Virus record (IMG/VR): IMGVR_UViG_3300025120_014916
Span: 64,001 to 128,000 of that record
DNA from: a virus
Strand: one strand, 5' to 3'
DNA length: 64,000 nucleotides
In this document: positions 1-10,700 of the stretch, one piece after another
Position numbering within the stretch: position 1 is the stretch's first letter
How the letters are laid out: each line of letters opens with the position of its first letter
Position numbers and translations under genes: made by a program
Notes under the pieces: model-generated
Database searches by the model: none
What the model saw: only the letters and a program-made list of their open reading frames with translations
Told to the model about the DNA's origin: nothing

Positions 1-3000
1 TCATCTTCGTCTGATCTAAAGTCTAATAAATAATTTTTTTGATAATTTTTTAATAATACGCCTGCTGTACCACTATTTAAAAAAGCAAAACCTGTTTTAA
101 CAAACCCAACCTTTCTTAAATATTCTAAAGCGATTATTTCACCAGGTGATATTTCAGAAGACGTTCCTGCCAGTACAGACTCTGCTCTTCGAATAGCCTC
201 ACGTATTTCGACTGTATTTTGTTTAAGATACGCTAAATTTCTCAATATAGCACTGCGCCTATACATCATGGAATTTCTTACTTGTGAGATCATAGTAATA
301 GCACTCGAATATGAGTGATCATACACGCTTTTAAGCTCTGAATATTTTCCATTTGTATCATAGTCACTATTTTTACTTTTTCTTTCTAATGCATCTGCCA
401 TAGCAATCCAGCATGTCGGGTAATGCTTTATGATCATATGTTTACCTTTTCCACCGTATCTTACTACCAAGCTTTTGTACATAATTCTAGAAAAGAATAG
501 CGAAAATAAAGCATATCGAGAGGCGGTGTTTGTTTTAAATATCCCACCATACTCTCCTGCTTTTTCATTCCAGTCAAATTGATATGGCTCATAATAGCTC
601 TCATTTTCTCCTATGAGAGCATCACCTAGTTGATCATCATTGTCATCGCTAAACCAATTTGATGGGTTGAGCGCGCTTAAAAATTCAGCAAATTTATCAA
701 TTAGATCAACAAGATGCCACGCTTTAAACGTACCATTTCCAGGTTTTGCCTTGATCATATAATTTTGTCCAGATTGGTTGCCAAAGCACAAAGACATGAT
801 CTTTGACATAATTGATGGATCATTTAGCTCTGTTGATGTTTTCGGTTTAGCTGAGTCTGGTATTAGCGCAGCATTTGATAGTAGAATTGTTTCAAATGTT
901 CCTGATTTTGAAAAACCTATGCCTGCCGGACGTCCTTCCGATGCAGGCATAGTACCCTGATTGGAAATTAAGACTGCAGTACCTGCTGCCGTTGCTGATA
1001 CAGCTAATACAGCTACCCCTAGTGAGCTAAATATTGCTGCGCTAGCTGCACCGATCAGTGTTGTCGTTAATAATGGACCGGTGACGACCACACCACTAGC
1101 TGTTGTTGTGGATACAATGCCCAGTGCGCCGGCACCTAAGAATGTTGAACCGTATGAAGCTGCTATCGCTACGCCGGCGATTGAGATTGCGCCAAGTCCT
1201 ACAATAGCTACTGCTGCTATAAGTAATACATCCCATGCCTCGAGACCCGAATCGATGTTTAACCTCTCGCCTAATTTGACGTCTGTGTCATTTTGGTGAA
1301 TTTTAGTATAGCTATAGTCGTCGTGTACGTTGTCTATTCTTCCTGCTCTGCCAAAGTCAATTCCGACAAACGTGTCATTGTCATCATCATCTTTTGAATC
1401 ATTAAACGATGCTGATCCGTTACCAAACCCGTTATAAATGATGCTTTTGTACTTTTTTGATTTGTCTGCTGGGTATTTTGCATCATCTTTTATTTTTACA
1501 GAATCGGAAGAACCATCCTTAAGAATACTTTTCATGTTGACTGTAAAGAGTTTGCACCATATTCTGTCTTCTGTATAATATGATCTTTCTGCTCCAAAAA
1601 TAACTGCTGCTTCTTCGGATGCCCACTTAGCGTTTTTAATGTTTGGATCTAGATCTGGATTAGCATTTACTAACATGTGTTGGTTTGTGGCGTTTGAGAC
1701 ACTTGCAAAGAAAGATGCTTTAATTGCATCTGCTGTGAATTCTAGACTGCTAAACGAGCCGGCTTGTATTAAAGGAACAGCTAGCTCTACACCGCCTTCT
1801 AAGTCATTTGCTGTTCTTCTCGCTTCTTTGCCTAAAGCATCACACATTGAATTAAAGTAAGATAATGGGTTTTGATCATCTGAAAACCCGTTAATATTGC
1901 CAACATCCGGATTGCCCTCAGCATCAAAATCAAGTCCCATTATTGCAGATATGTCGTGTGTTATAATATCAATTTCACGAGTGATTTCGTTAGCTTGCGC
2001 GCGAAGTTGATTAAAATTTAATTTTTCAGACGTTACTGCCTTGTTGAAAAAATAGTCTGGTCCATTAACAAATATATCATCAGTATAAACATTGTCTTCA
2101 TATGAATGTTCGTTAGGTATATACTTTGTACCTTCATCTGTTGCTGGGGAGAATCTAGACTTGAAATAAGCGCCTAACATATTTTCGTCTTTTGCAATGT
2201 TGCTGTAATCAAATGAATTAACTCCGCTTGATGCTAATTGGTCCCAATCCCCTCCTAATTTAAAAAATATTTTTTCAAAGTACTCTATTAAAAGATTATC
2301 TAAGGAAGAAAAATCATTAATATTGAATTTACCCGGTGCTAGCAATTTACTTCCAGAGCCTAAAATATTTGCCCCTGCGACCTGGTCATAACAAACTGCT
2401 GAAACTAGTTCAACTAATGCCTCGTCGCGATCAGAGGAGACTGCTGAGAGCATATCTGATATTTTTGTACCATCTAATCTTTCACTGGCTGTTGGTATCT
2501 TTAAAACTGTATGCCCAGATGCCATTGACTTGGGCGTAATTGACCTTAGTATACTCAAGCCTTTTGCTAAATTTTTTTCTCCTGACGTAAACGATATCTT
2601 TGATTTATTAACGGTATTCTTAATCTCTGCTGTCTTAGATAACGTTTGCATAAATGTCATGGTTTTTAATAAGCTAGAAAATAAATTTGCATACATATGC
2701 TTATTTGATCCAAACATTTCTTCTGTTTTGTCAGCAGACACGTCAGCATTTATAACACTTACTAAATTATGCTTACTGTCTTTTGAAAAACCGTCTGGCC
2801 CTTCGTTTCCCGACATACCCCATCTTGATAATAGGGATTTGGCAGCAAGAATCCTATCATCATTTACGACATCAATTAGACCTAATCCATTCTGTATAAG
2901 TCTCACACTATCTATATCTCGAGTTAATTTGCTTATATTTCCAAAGGGAGTTGCTACAACTATTTTCTGTGCATGATCTTCTGGGGGCGGTAATGCTGTG

Positions 3001-3806
3001 GAAGCAATAGAAATTGACTCCCTGAGCAGACTTTTTAGATCGTTTATTCTGGTAATAAAAGCAATTGATTTTTGCGCGACATAATTTAGCAAAACGTATC
3101 TTGCAATTGATCTTAAGTACTCAGATTTGTCACTATTATTAATAGTTTCTATTGATTTAAATAACACTTTTACTGATCTTCGACTTCCGTATTTAGATTT
3201 TCCTATAAAAGTGTCTGGTGTTGAGCTGAGTTTTATGATTAAGTCGATCATTTTTTCAGTATCAGAGCCAAATTCTGCTAATTTTTTACTTTTACTCTTA
3301 ACAATCTCATGCATAATCGAAATTATTTTTTTCTGCTTAATATTGTCAATGCCAATGTAATCTTCGACTAAGTCTCCAGATTCTTTTAAAATATACTTTC
3401 TAATCACTCTTTGCAAATCTATGAGGCGCATCACCTGATTTACTTTTAAGTTCGCCCCTTCACCATAGTTTATATTGATTGATGCTGTATCTTGATTATC
3501 TGCTTCTACCTCTCCGGGGCTAATTGGAGCTAGCTCGTTTATGAATATAATTTCTGCTCTTAAGGGGTTGATACCTCTTTTGTGTAAGTCTTCAAAAGCT
3601 TTTGAAACATGTCTGTTTTCCAAAGCAGAAACTGTTTCTTTTGATAAACTATCTTCTTTTTTAAGATTATTGACGATCGAAATTATATTTGAATCTACTG
3701 CAACGACTCCGGTAGGCTGAGCAATTGATGACTGCGTTTGGCCAAAATTATCTTTTGGTTGTATGTTGATTTTAAATTTTGATGCTTTTGTTATTTTAAA
3801 TGCCAT
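1..3806 (-). CDS. Large virion-associated protein, >1260 aa, 3'-truncated at the window edge; carries an 88-aa uncharged hydrophobic segment
   Basis: Not in the ORF track. ATG at 3806 lies 1 nt after the TAG of 3808..6624 (MAFKITKASKFKINIQPKDN...). The frame was translated by hand at 3806-3350, 1400-960 and the window start (...LDFRSDED) and read as continuous protein in between with no stop seen. The track lists no complete minus-strand ORF here, consistent with one frame running off the edge. Confidence 0.8.
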   Translation of the reverse strand, partial: MAFKITKASKFKINIQPKDNFGQTQSSIAQPTGVVAVDSNIISIVNNLKKEDSLSKETVSALENRHVSKAFEDLHKRGINPLRAEIIFINELAPISPGEVEADNQDTASININYGEGANLKVNQVMRLIDLQRVIRKYILKESGDLVEDYIGIDNIKQKKIISIMHEIVKSKSKKLAEFGSDTEKMIDLIIKLSSTPDTFIGKSKYGSRRSVKVLFKSIETINNSDKSEYLRSIARYVLLNYVAQKSIAFITRINDLKSLLRESISIASTALPPPEDHAQKIVVATPFGNISKLTRDIDSVRLIQNGLGLIDVVNDDRILAAKSLLSRWGMSGNEGPDGFSKDSKHNLVSVINADVSADKTEEMFGSNKHMYANLFSSLLKTMTFMQTLSKTAEIKNTVNKSKISFTSGEKNLAKGLSILRSITPKSMASGHTVLKIPTASERLDGTKISDMLSAVSSDRDEALVELVSAVCYDQVAGANILGSGSKLLAPGKFNINDFSSLDNLLIEYFEKIFFKLGGDWDQLASSGVNSFDYSNIAKDENMLGAYFKSRFSPATDEGTKYIPNEHSYEDNVYTDDIFVNGPDYFFNKAVTSEKLNFNQLRAQANEITREIDIITHDISAIMGLDFDAEGNPDVGNINGFSDDQNPLSYFNSMCDALGKEARRTANDLEGGVELAVPLIQAGSFSSLEFTADAIKASFFASVSNATNQHMLVNANPDLDPNIKNAKWASEEAAVIFGAERSYYTEDRIWCKLFTVNMKSILKDGSSDSVKIKDDAKYPADKSKKYKSIIYNGFGNGSASFNDSKDDDDNDTFVGIDFGRAGRIDNVHDDYSYTKIHQNDTDVKLGERLNIDSGLEAWDVLLIAAVAIVGLGAISIAGVAIAASYGSTFLGAGALGIVSTTTASGVVVTGPLLTTTLIGAASAAIFSSLGVAVLAVSATAAGTAVLISNQGTMPASEGRPAGIGFSKSGTFETILLSNAALIPDSAKPKTSTELNDPSIMSKIMSLCFGNQSGQNYMIKAKPGNGTFKAWHLVDLIDKFAEFLSALNPSNWFSDDNDDQLGDALIGENESYYEPYQFDWNEKAGEYGGIFKTNTASRYALFSLFFSRIMYKSLVVRYGGKGKHMIIKHYPTCWIAMADALERKSKNSDYDTNGKYSELKSVYDHSYSSAITMISQVRNSMMYRRSAILRNLAYLKQNTVEIREAIRRAESVLAGTSSEISPGEIIALEYLRKVGFVKTGFAFLNSGTAGVLLKNYQKNYLLDFRSDED

Positions 3807-3807
3807 G

Positions 3808-6624
3808 CTAGACCGCCTTGATTTTTTTCGAAGTACACAAAAGATTTGTTATGTTATTTGGCTCTAAAAATGTACCATCTTTTAAAATATTTACACAATA
3901 AATTTCAACAACACCGACAGTTTCTCTCAGGTCTATAAAAAAGTTATATTGATTTTTTTTAAACTTTTCTGGGCTTATCATACCTAAAAAAGACAAAGCC
4001 CCGTTTGTTCTTGCATATATCGCATAAAAACTAGTTAATAATGATGAAGCAGATGATGTCATACCTAGAATACCCATTTTTCTATAAGCTTTTTGATTTC
4101 CATGAATTTTTTGTGAATGTGACATGTCTAAAAAGTTTGAAAACAGCAAAGATGACACTTTTTCTAAAGAGTCCGGGCTATATAGCTTATAAGTAAAGTT
4201 ATCGCCTGTTGTCCCTTCAAAGTAAAAATCATCTTTTTCTTTATTGTATTTTGTGATCGGATCAAGTATTAAACCAAAAAATCTTACACTTTTTCCCGTG
4301 TATTTGTCAACAGGTACACTAGATATAACCGTACCTGTTTTTCTTTTTTTATTTTTTCTAGCAGCTAATGTTCTTAAAAAAGAAGATATCGGTAAACTAT
4401 TTTGCTGTAAAGGGAGCTTTTCTATTTTATTTAACAAGTTTTCAACAACATAAGATATAGATGCTATCCTGGGTGTGATAACAACAATATATTCAGACAG
4501 CACATCTTCTATATCAATGGTCATAGAAACTGTTCTTGTTTTTTCTGGTACAATAAAGTTGCCAATATTTGTCTTTTCTCCCGTTCTGGTGTTGATCAGC
4601 GTTGCATTGCAAGAAATATTCTTCTTTAAAGATTCCTTGATTTCATTAAACTCAGCAGCAAATAGATCATATGAGTTTCTGTCTAGAGAATCAAAGAGTT
4701 TGTCTATCGAATCTTTTTTAACAGATACAGAAAAGCTTATAGGCAAAGAAAACTTATCTTGCATTTGATTGTTTTGACTATCAATAGCTTTTTTAGATCT
4801 AATCTTGACGTCAATAATATTTCTTCTTTTTTCATAAATTATCTCATATGAGTTAACTGAGAGCTCTGTTTCGCCGTTATCCTTGTAGACCATGGCCTTA
4901 TATTCGTATGCGTCACCTTCTTCTATGTCATTATCAATAAAAACAAATTCGTTGTCGTTGTTTTGCTTTTTTAAAAAAATTGTTTTCTGCGTTTTTAATT
5001 CTAAAATGTTTAAAGATTTTTCTTTTTGCAAGTTTGTGTCTTCTTGGTCAAAGTTTTGAATTATGTTAAACTTTTTTTCTTTTTTAGTAATATTTCTTTT
5101 AACGACATTTATTGCGCGGCAATCAAAAGGAATGTTTTTAATATATATACTTACCTCTTCTTGCTTTTTTACATTTGCCTTATTGGCATCGTTGATGCAG
5201 GTAATGCTAACGTAAGGACCGGTCTTCTTTTGATTTTTGCTTTTCATTATTATGTTATCAAAGAAGGTGTTGTCAAATGAGTATTCTGGATAGCTTACTT
5301 TCATTCTATAAAAATAGCTTTTTTGGTTTGAAATATTAGGCGCATTACCTCCTTTGAAAAAGTAGTGCGAGTTTTTTGACTCAATTTTCGCGATACCTAT
5401 ATGATTAAAAAAATAATTATTTTTAATATTTTTTGCATTAAAATCTGCTTGCATAATTCTGTATGAAGCATTGTGACTTGTATTATTTTGTATTTTAAGT
5501 ATTGGTTTTCCGGCCGGAGATCTTTGACACATCAACCCGTGATTTGAAAGGTGTAAGCTTTGTTCACGAAGATTTTTCTTGTTTATAAGCTTGTCTAAAT
5601 CTATCTTTGTTATGTAATAATCAATAATTCTTCTTTTTTTGTCTTTTGCATACACGATTATGTCAAATGTGTTTGATCCAAATTCCTTTATAAGCCTGCT
5701 AGAAATTTCAAGCTTTACTTCAATAACTTCATGCGTTTTTTCTATCTTTATTTTTTTTATTGAAAAATTGTTCTCGAGTTGAGGTATTGACGCTTCTACT
5801 AGCTTATGAAACTTGTTTTCAAATTTTGTCATATCCTGCCTAGACTTTATATTTTTCTGAAGCCGTCCTTTCAACATTTCATCTAGTGACTGGCTGGAAT
5901 AAAAAGATTTTGATATAATGCTAGCAGGATCAATTCCTGACATAAGATACTTATTAAAATCTTTTTTAAAATTTAGTTTTGATATTGATTCTTTTGATAT
6001 TGCTTGTAGCCTAGTATTTTCAATTATTTTAAAATTTTCTATTTCTCCTGTTTTTGAATTTGAAGACCTTAGTGAAAACAAATCAGCGCGGTGTTTGTTT
6101 TTGGAAAGATGATCATGAGGTTTTTTGATTTTTTGTAACTCAATTATATTTTCATAACCGAATATATCAATATAAGGTTTCTTTTTTTCAATAACATCAA
6201 TTATTTTTATTCCGGGAAAAAGCCTCGAAGCTATATCTACACCAAAAACCTGTGTCTGGTAAGCCTTTTCCATCTTGCTTTTAAAAGAGTCTCTGGCTAG
6301 TTGCTCTTTGTTTGCTATTGCAAAGTTAACATCTCTTGCGCTGCTTTTATTAAACCCTGACAGCAGATTATTTCGTGTTCTAAGATGACTTATATCACGG
6401 CATACATAACCTTCTAGTGCTGATGATTGATTTTTAATAGCAGAAACTTTATCAATAGGCACTTTTAACAAGATTATATGCTTTTCAATCAATTCTTTAT
6501 TTTTTAGATTTTCGTCTTTAGCTGTTACTGTGGCTAAGTATTCCGCCTCTAGATCTAAAGCAAACTTTTGGATATCTCTATACTTTGAAAATATATTCTT
6601 TTTTTTATTTGTTTTTATTAACAT
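3808..6624 (-). CDS. Hypothetical 938-aa K/N/I-rich protein in the structural module; possible Fn3/Ig-like domain
   Basis: Long ORF tightly packed between structural genes; FVFIDNDIEEGDAYEYKAMVY resembles an FnIII terminal strand motif. Confidence 0.6.
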   Translation of the reverse strand: MLIKTNKKKNIFSKYRDIQKFALDLEAEYLATVTAKDENLKNKELIEKHIILLKVPIDKVSAIKNQSSALEGYVCRDISHLRTRNNLLSGFNKSSARDVNFAIANKEQLARDSFKSKMEKAYQTQVFGVDIASRLFPGIKIIDVIEKKKPYIDIFGYENIIELQKIKKPHDHLSKNKHRADLFSLRSSNSKTGEIENFKIIENTRLQAISKESISKLNFKKDFNKYLMSGIDPASIISKSFYSSQSLDEMLKGRLQKNIKSRQDMTKFENKFHKLVEASIPQLENNFSIKKIKIEKTHEVIEVKLEISSRLIKEFGSNTFDIIVYAKDKKRRIIDYYITKIDLDKLINKKNLREQSLHLSNHGLMCQRSPAGKPILKIQNNTSHNASYRIMQADFNAKNIKNNYFFNHIGIAKIESKNSHYFFKGGNAPNISNQKSYFYRMKVSYPEYSFDNTFFDNIIMKSKNQKKTGPYVSITCINDANKANVKKQEEVSIYIKNIPFDCRAINVVKRNITKKEKKFNIIQNFDQEDTNLQKEKSLNILELKTQKTIFLKKQNNDNEFVFIDNDIEEGDAYEYKAMVYKDNGETELSVNSYEIIYEKRRNIIDVKIRSKKAIDSQNNQMQDKFSLPISFSVSVKKDSIDKLFDSLDRNSYDLFAAEFNEIKESLKKNISCNATLINTRTGEKTNIGNFIVPEKTRTVSMTIDIEDVLSEYIVVITPRIASISYVVENLLNKIEKLPLQQNSLPISSFLRTLAARKNKKRKTGTVISSVPVDKYTGKSVRFFGLILDPITKYNKEKDDFYFEGTTGDNFTYKLYSPDSLEKVSSLLFSNFLDMSHSQKIHGNQKAYRKMGILGMTSSASSLLTSFYAIYARTNGALSFLGMISPEKFKKNQYNFFIDLRETVGVVEIYCVNILKDGTFLEPNNITNLLCTSKKIKAV

Positions 6625-6626
6625 TT

Positions 6627-7691
6627 TTAATCCATTATAATCGTAAACATGCTAATGAATGTTGGCGTGTTAAACGTGTCAAGGTATATTTTACCTACAT
6701 AAAAAACTCTTTTTTCATATTTTAAATTTACGTCTTCTTCTTCGTAGAAAACGCCGGCGTCGACAATATCAAGTTTTTTTAGTTTAGATCTAGACTCATC
6801 AATTTCAAATAGTTGCATTATTAAATTATTATCGTTTGATGTTTTTTTAAATCTAACAACTTTATATTCTTTAACTAATTCTGTGTCTACGGGCAAAAGA
6901 CTCTTTCTATTAACTACCTTAAAATCACCCGACTTGTCAATTCGCATGTCATCGTTTTCTTCTGCAAAATCTGTTATTTCTTCAAAATGCTTAAATCCTA
7001 AACTGTGTTTTATATCTTCCCATGTCTCTTTGTTTAGATTTCTCATATCTGTATAATTACCGTAATTGCTACCATCTATGTTAACAGGCGGTAAATAAGC
7101 AAAACTAGGTAGGTGCGTGAGTTTCGGATCTAGTAAAAAAGGCTCAGCATTATCAACATTAATCACCTCTTTGTTAGGTCCGGTTTCAAAAGGAACAGAG
7201 TTTGATATTGCAAAATTTAACTCATTAGTAGACAACTCAAATTCTTCTATTTCGTTAAAAGATTTTGTTCCTACAAACTGGTTTGCAACAAAATGTTTTA
7301 AAAATGATGAAGGTAGCGATTTAGATAGTGATGCAAACTGGTTGCCTTTTGTAAGTTTCAGCTTGTGCAAGTCCTCAGGTATGGCTTCTTTATCTTTTGA
7401 AAATATGTTTTCGCCGACTATACTTCCTGTCGGCGAAAAATCAAAATCAACAAGCTTGCCGCTATCATCCTTTTCTAAAACTATTGTATTATTAGGGCTT
7501 TCCATAGCTTCAAAATATATTCTTTTTCTTACTTCTTCAGTTTTTTCATTTGAAGTGTAATACACAGAAGCATCTGTTAATGAAGCGTACTCAGCTCTTA
7601 AATTGCCACTAGCAATTTGTCTTTTACCTTCTTTTGTTATAACTAAATCTATAAATCTAGTTCGCTTATTAAGAATTCCAGCCATAACCAT
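6627..7691 (-). CDS. Conserved jumbo-phage structural (baseplate-associated) protein
   Basis: N-terminus GILNKRTRFIDLVITKEGKRQIASG...YASLTDASVYY resembles a motif recurrent in large-phage tail modules; gene context. The true start may be the second Met. Confidence 0.55.
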   Translation of the reverse strand: MVMAGILNKRTRFIDLVITKEGKRQIASGNLRAEYASLTDASVYYTSNEKTEEVRKRIYFEAMESPNNTIVLEKDDSGKLVDFDFSPTGSIVGENIFSKDKEAIPEDLHKLKLTKGNQFASLSKSLPSSFLKHFVANQFVGTKSFNEIEEFELSTNELNFAISNSVPFETGPNKEVINVDNAEPFLLDPKLTHLPSFAYLPPVNIDGSNYGNYTDMRNLNKETWEDIKHSLGFKHFEEITDFAEENDDMRIDKSGDFKVVNRKSLLPVDTELVKEYKVVRFKKTSNDNNLIMQLFEIDESRSKLKKLDIVDAGVFYEEEDVNLKYEKRVFYVGKIYLDTFNTPTFISMFTIIMD

Positions 7692-7764
7692 CCAATTACG
7701 TATTGTACCTATAATTATACATACAACAAGTATTTCTATAAAATTTTAATGCTACTTTAAAGTG

Positions 7765-10700
7765 TCAGTATCCATCGCGATACGAAGCTGTTATTTCACC
7801 ATTTGTTGTTGTATTATATGAATTTGTTGCGTTTTGATTAATTATTGTATGATACTCTAACGTGTTATTATCTAGATTGATTGCACCTGTGACAAATTGT
7901 GCAATTATGGGTGAATTTTTAAAAAAGCCTGATTTAAACTTTGAATCTCTTGATACTTCTAATAAATCAGAATAGTGACCGAAGTGATCATGAGAAAATA
8001 TATACTTCTCTCTTGATATAATTTGTTGATTTTTCCCTAGCACACTTAATGTATCTGGCGTTTGTAATTCGCCTTCGTCAAAATATCTTCTTGACTTATT
8101 AAAATGAGATGTAAACGGAAATACAAAAGTTTGTCTGCCTACATGTTTTGATCCATCTGGATTATTTAAAAAATTTGTTTCTGAATAAGTTCCTGCAAAA
8201 CTCTGATTAATTGAACTTATATAACTTCCTGTAAATCCATGTGGTACGTTTAACGATGAAAAACTACTACTGGCAACTTGATAAGTATGATAATGGTGAA
8301 CTTTACTTCCTTGAAGATATCCAATTCGATCTGCAGGTGTTGGGGTGTTTTTTCCAAATATTCTTTTTATGCCTGCGCCGTCATTTCTGTTTTCAAAACT
8401 ATAAACTATTCTATCAGAGTAACTTCCACCACCTAGTGACTCCGGCCTTGCAAATGACGCATTCATAGGTATCTTGTCTAAGTATGATCCAAAGTATTCG
8501 TCTTTTGTTGAGATATTAAATTTATCTACAACAGCTTCACTACCTATAGGTTCATTTATCTGTACAGACGTCAGCGATTGATTCATATTTTCATGATACT
8601 CTTTATTTTCTTTGACAAGCGAACCGTAAAGGTGTAATTTTAGATTTTTGCCTATTGTCATTTTATTAAATGAAGTGTCAGTATTTCCGGGTACGCCCTC
8701 AATCCCCCCAAGTGGGAGTGGATAATGAAACGTTAATGTTACTTTATCTTCTGGTAGAAGAATATAAGGCGAGATGTTAATATTCGAGCCCTGAATATTT
8801 CCGGAGGTTTTTATCTTATAGGGTAATTTGTCTGAATAGAAAGCATTTATATCATATTCTTTAACGTTACTTTTATCAATTGAATAATTGTTGTTTATTA
8901 TTCCTCTTGCTGTCTTGGTAAAAGTTGTTACACTTTGATTTGTTTCTAGTTTATCTGACAGGGTAAAACCTCGGCCTCCGGTTGGATTACCTGAGTATAC
9001 TGCAAACAGTTCCCCTGTATCCACGCCTTTAAGATAGATTCTTTGCGTTTCAGAAACAATTGGCATATTCCTAACAGGTGCTTCAATAGTAAAACTACCT
9101 GTGATGGGATTTAATCCCACATCGGCCCAATTTAATGGTTGACTGCTTATATTAGATATTTCATGAGTTCTGTCTCTAGACAACCCATCGTTTAAAAGTT
9201 TTTCTACATCTATTTTTGAATTTGATGACGTTGCATATAGGGTCATCTGTCCGTATGTTATTAATTCTGCTGTATGACGTGGGTACCCAAAAATATTATC
9301 TGACGTTGAATCTAAAATATCTCTTCTTTCAAGCGTGCCATCATTTTTTTCTATTTTGAAGTTTTGGGAATACAACTTTCCTGAATTCTTGTTGAGACGT
9401 AATAATGAAAAAGATGGAATCATTACTAGCGATGAATCAGACATCTTTTTTGAAGGTTTGTTTTCTGATGTATTGTTGTAACTATATGAAAGTTTATATG
9501 CATCCCTAGAACCTGTATTAACACTATTCGCAAATTCAAATTTTGAATCAAATTCTAAAACTACTTTTTCTAGCAAGAATGGTTTTGAAATATAGTTTTT
9601 AAGACTTATACCTACATCATGGTTACCCCAGAATCTCGAATCGGCTGGAAACCCAAAAGATGTTGTGGGTTGTGCAAATGATGACAAGGCTTCCCTAGAT
9701 CTGTTTTTTAAGTTGGTTTGAGAAGTTGAAGCTGATGCCACTGTATCTATTGTTGTAAATGCTTGTCCGTTTTTATTTAAAAATAATTCAAAGTCCCCAG
9801 CATTTTGGTATGTTACTGCGCGCCATGGGAATACTGAGGGTGAGAATTTTTTTTGAGTTTCATCCCAATAGACATTTATATTTTGGGCAATATTCGGATC
9901 GTTTACTGCTGTATATACAGAGTTTCCAGATGTTGAATTTAAATTATTTGAATAATTCTCAGTAATTCCTATTACTTGCTCGAAATTACTGTTTAAATCA
10001 ATTGTAAATGAAGTTTTATCTTTTAATGGTGAAGTAAAACCATCTATAATGTTACTATCTACACCTTCGTCAAAAAATGATCTTCCAGTGAAAGGCAACA
10101 TTACGTTGTCTTTAAATGCAGTTATTTTCTGGTTTTCATCTGTAAAATATAATGAAGCATCTGAAATACCGGATACAGTACGTGCTGTTGTTGTTATATC
10201 TGATCGCGTGTGTGGGGTTGCAATAAAGTTTTGATCAATATACTTTCCTGCAAAAGATTCATGATCTATTAATATTGGATATCTTATTTCCTGGTTTGCA
10301 GAAAGAATCTCAATTCTGCCAATCCCCCAACAAGTATCTAAAGATCTAAATCTGATTCGGTATGGATTTCTGGAAAATACCATGCCAGACTTATCAATAT
10401 CTTTAAAGTGAATTGTAAAAGATCTTCTAAACTGGTGCTGCTTAGGTGTCAATATTATTCCGTTTGAGTATTGAGGACTATAAAACTCTTCCAAGCTAGT
10501 TTCATCTGTTGCTGTATGTGTTTTTATTACTTTCCAAGGTGCCCCGGGTAAAGTCTGTATTTCAACAAACAAACTTGATCCTGGACTAGTAAGCGGTTTA
10601 GAAAGATTCAAATGACCCGATTTTTGATTATAGGGACCAAGTATTAAATCATAATATATTATTGCGTTGTTGACGTAGTCTTTTGTTTGTATCCAAGACT

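Noticed and set aside
1350-1375. FVGIDFG in the left-edge ORF resembling an Hsp70/actin phosphate-1 motif
   Set aside because: Isolated short match with none of the other fold motifs nearby.
778-3360. Plus-strand ORFs at the left end, including the Ala/Pro/Thr-rich 961..1299
   Set aside because: Shadows of the long minus-strand ORF starting at 3806.
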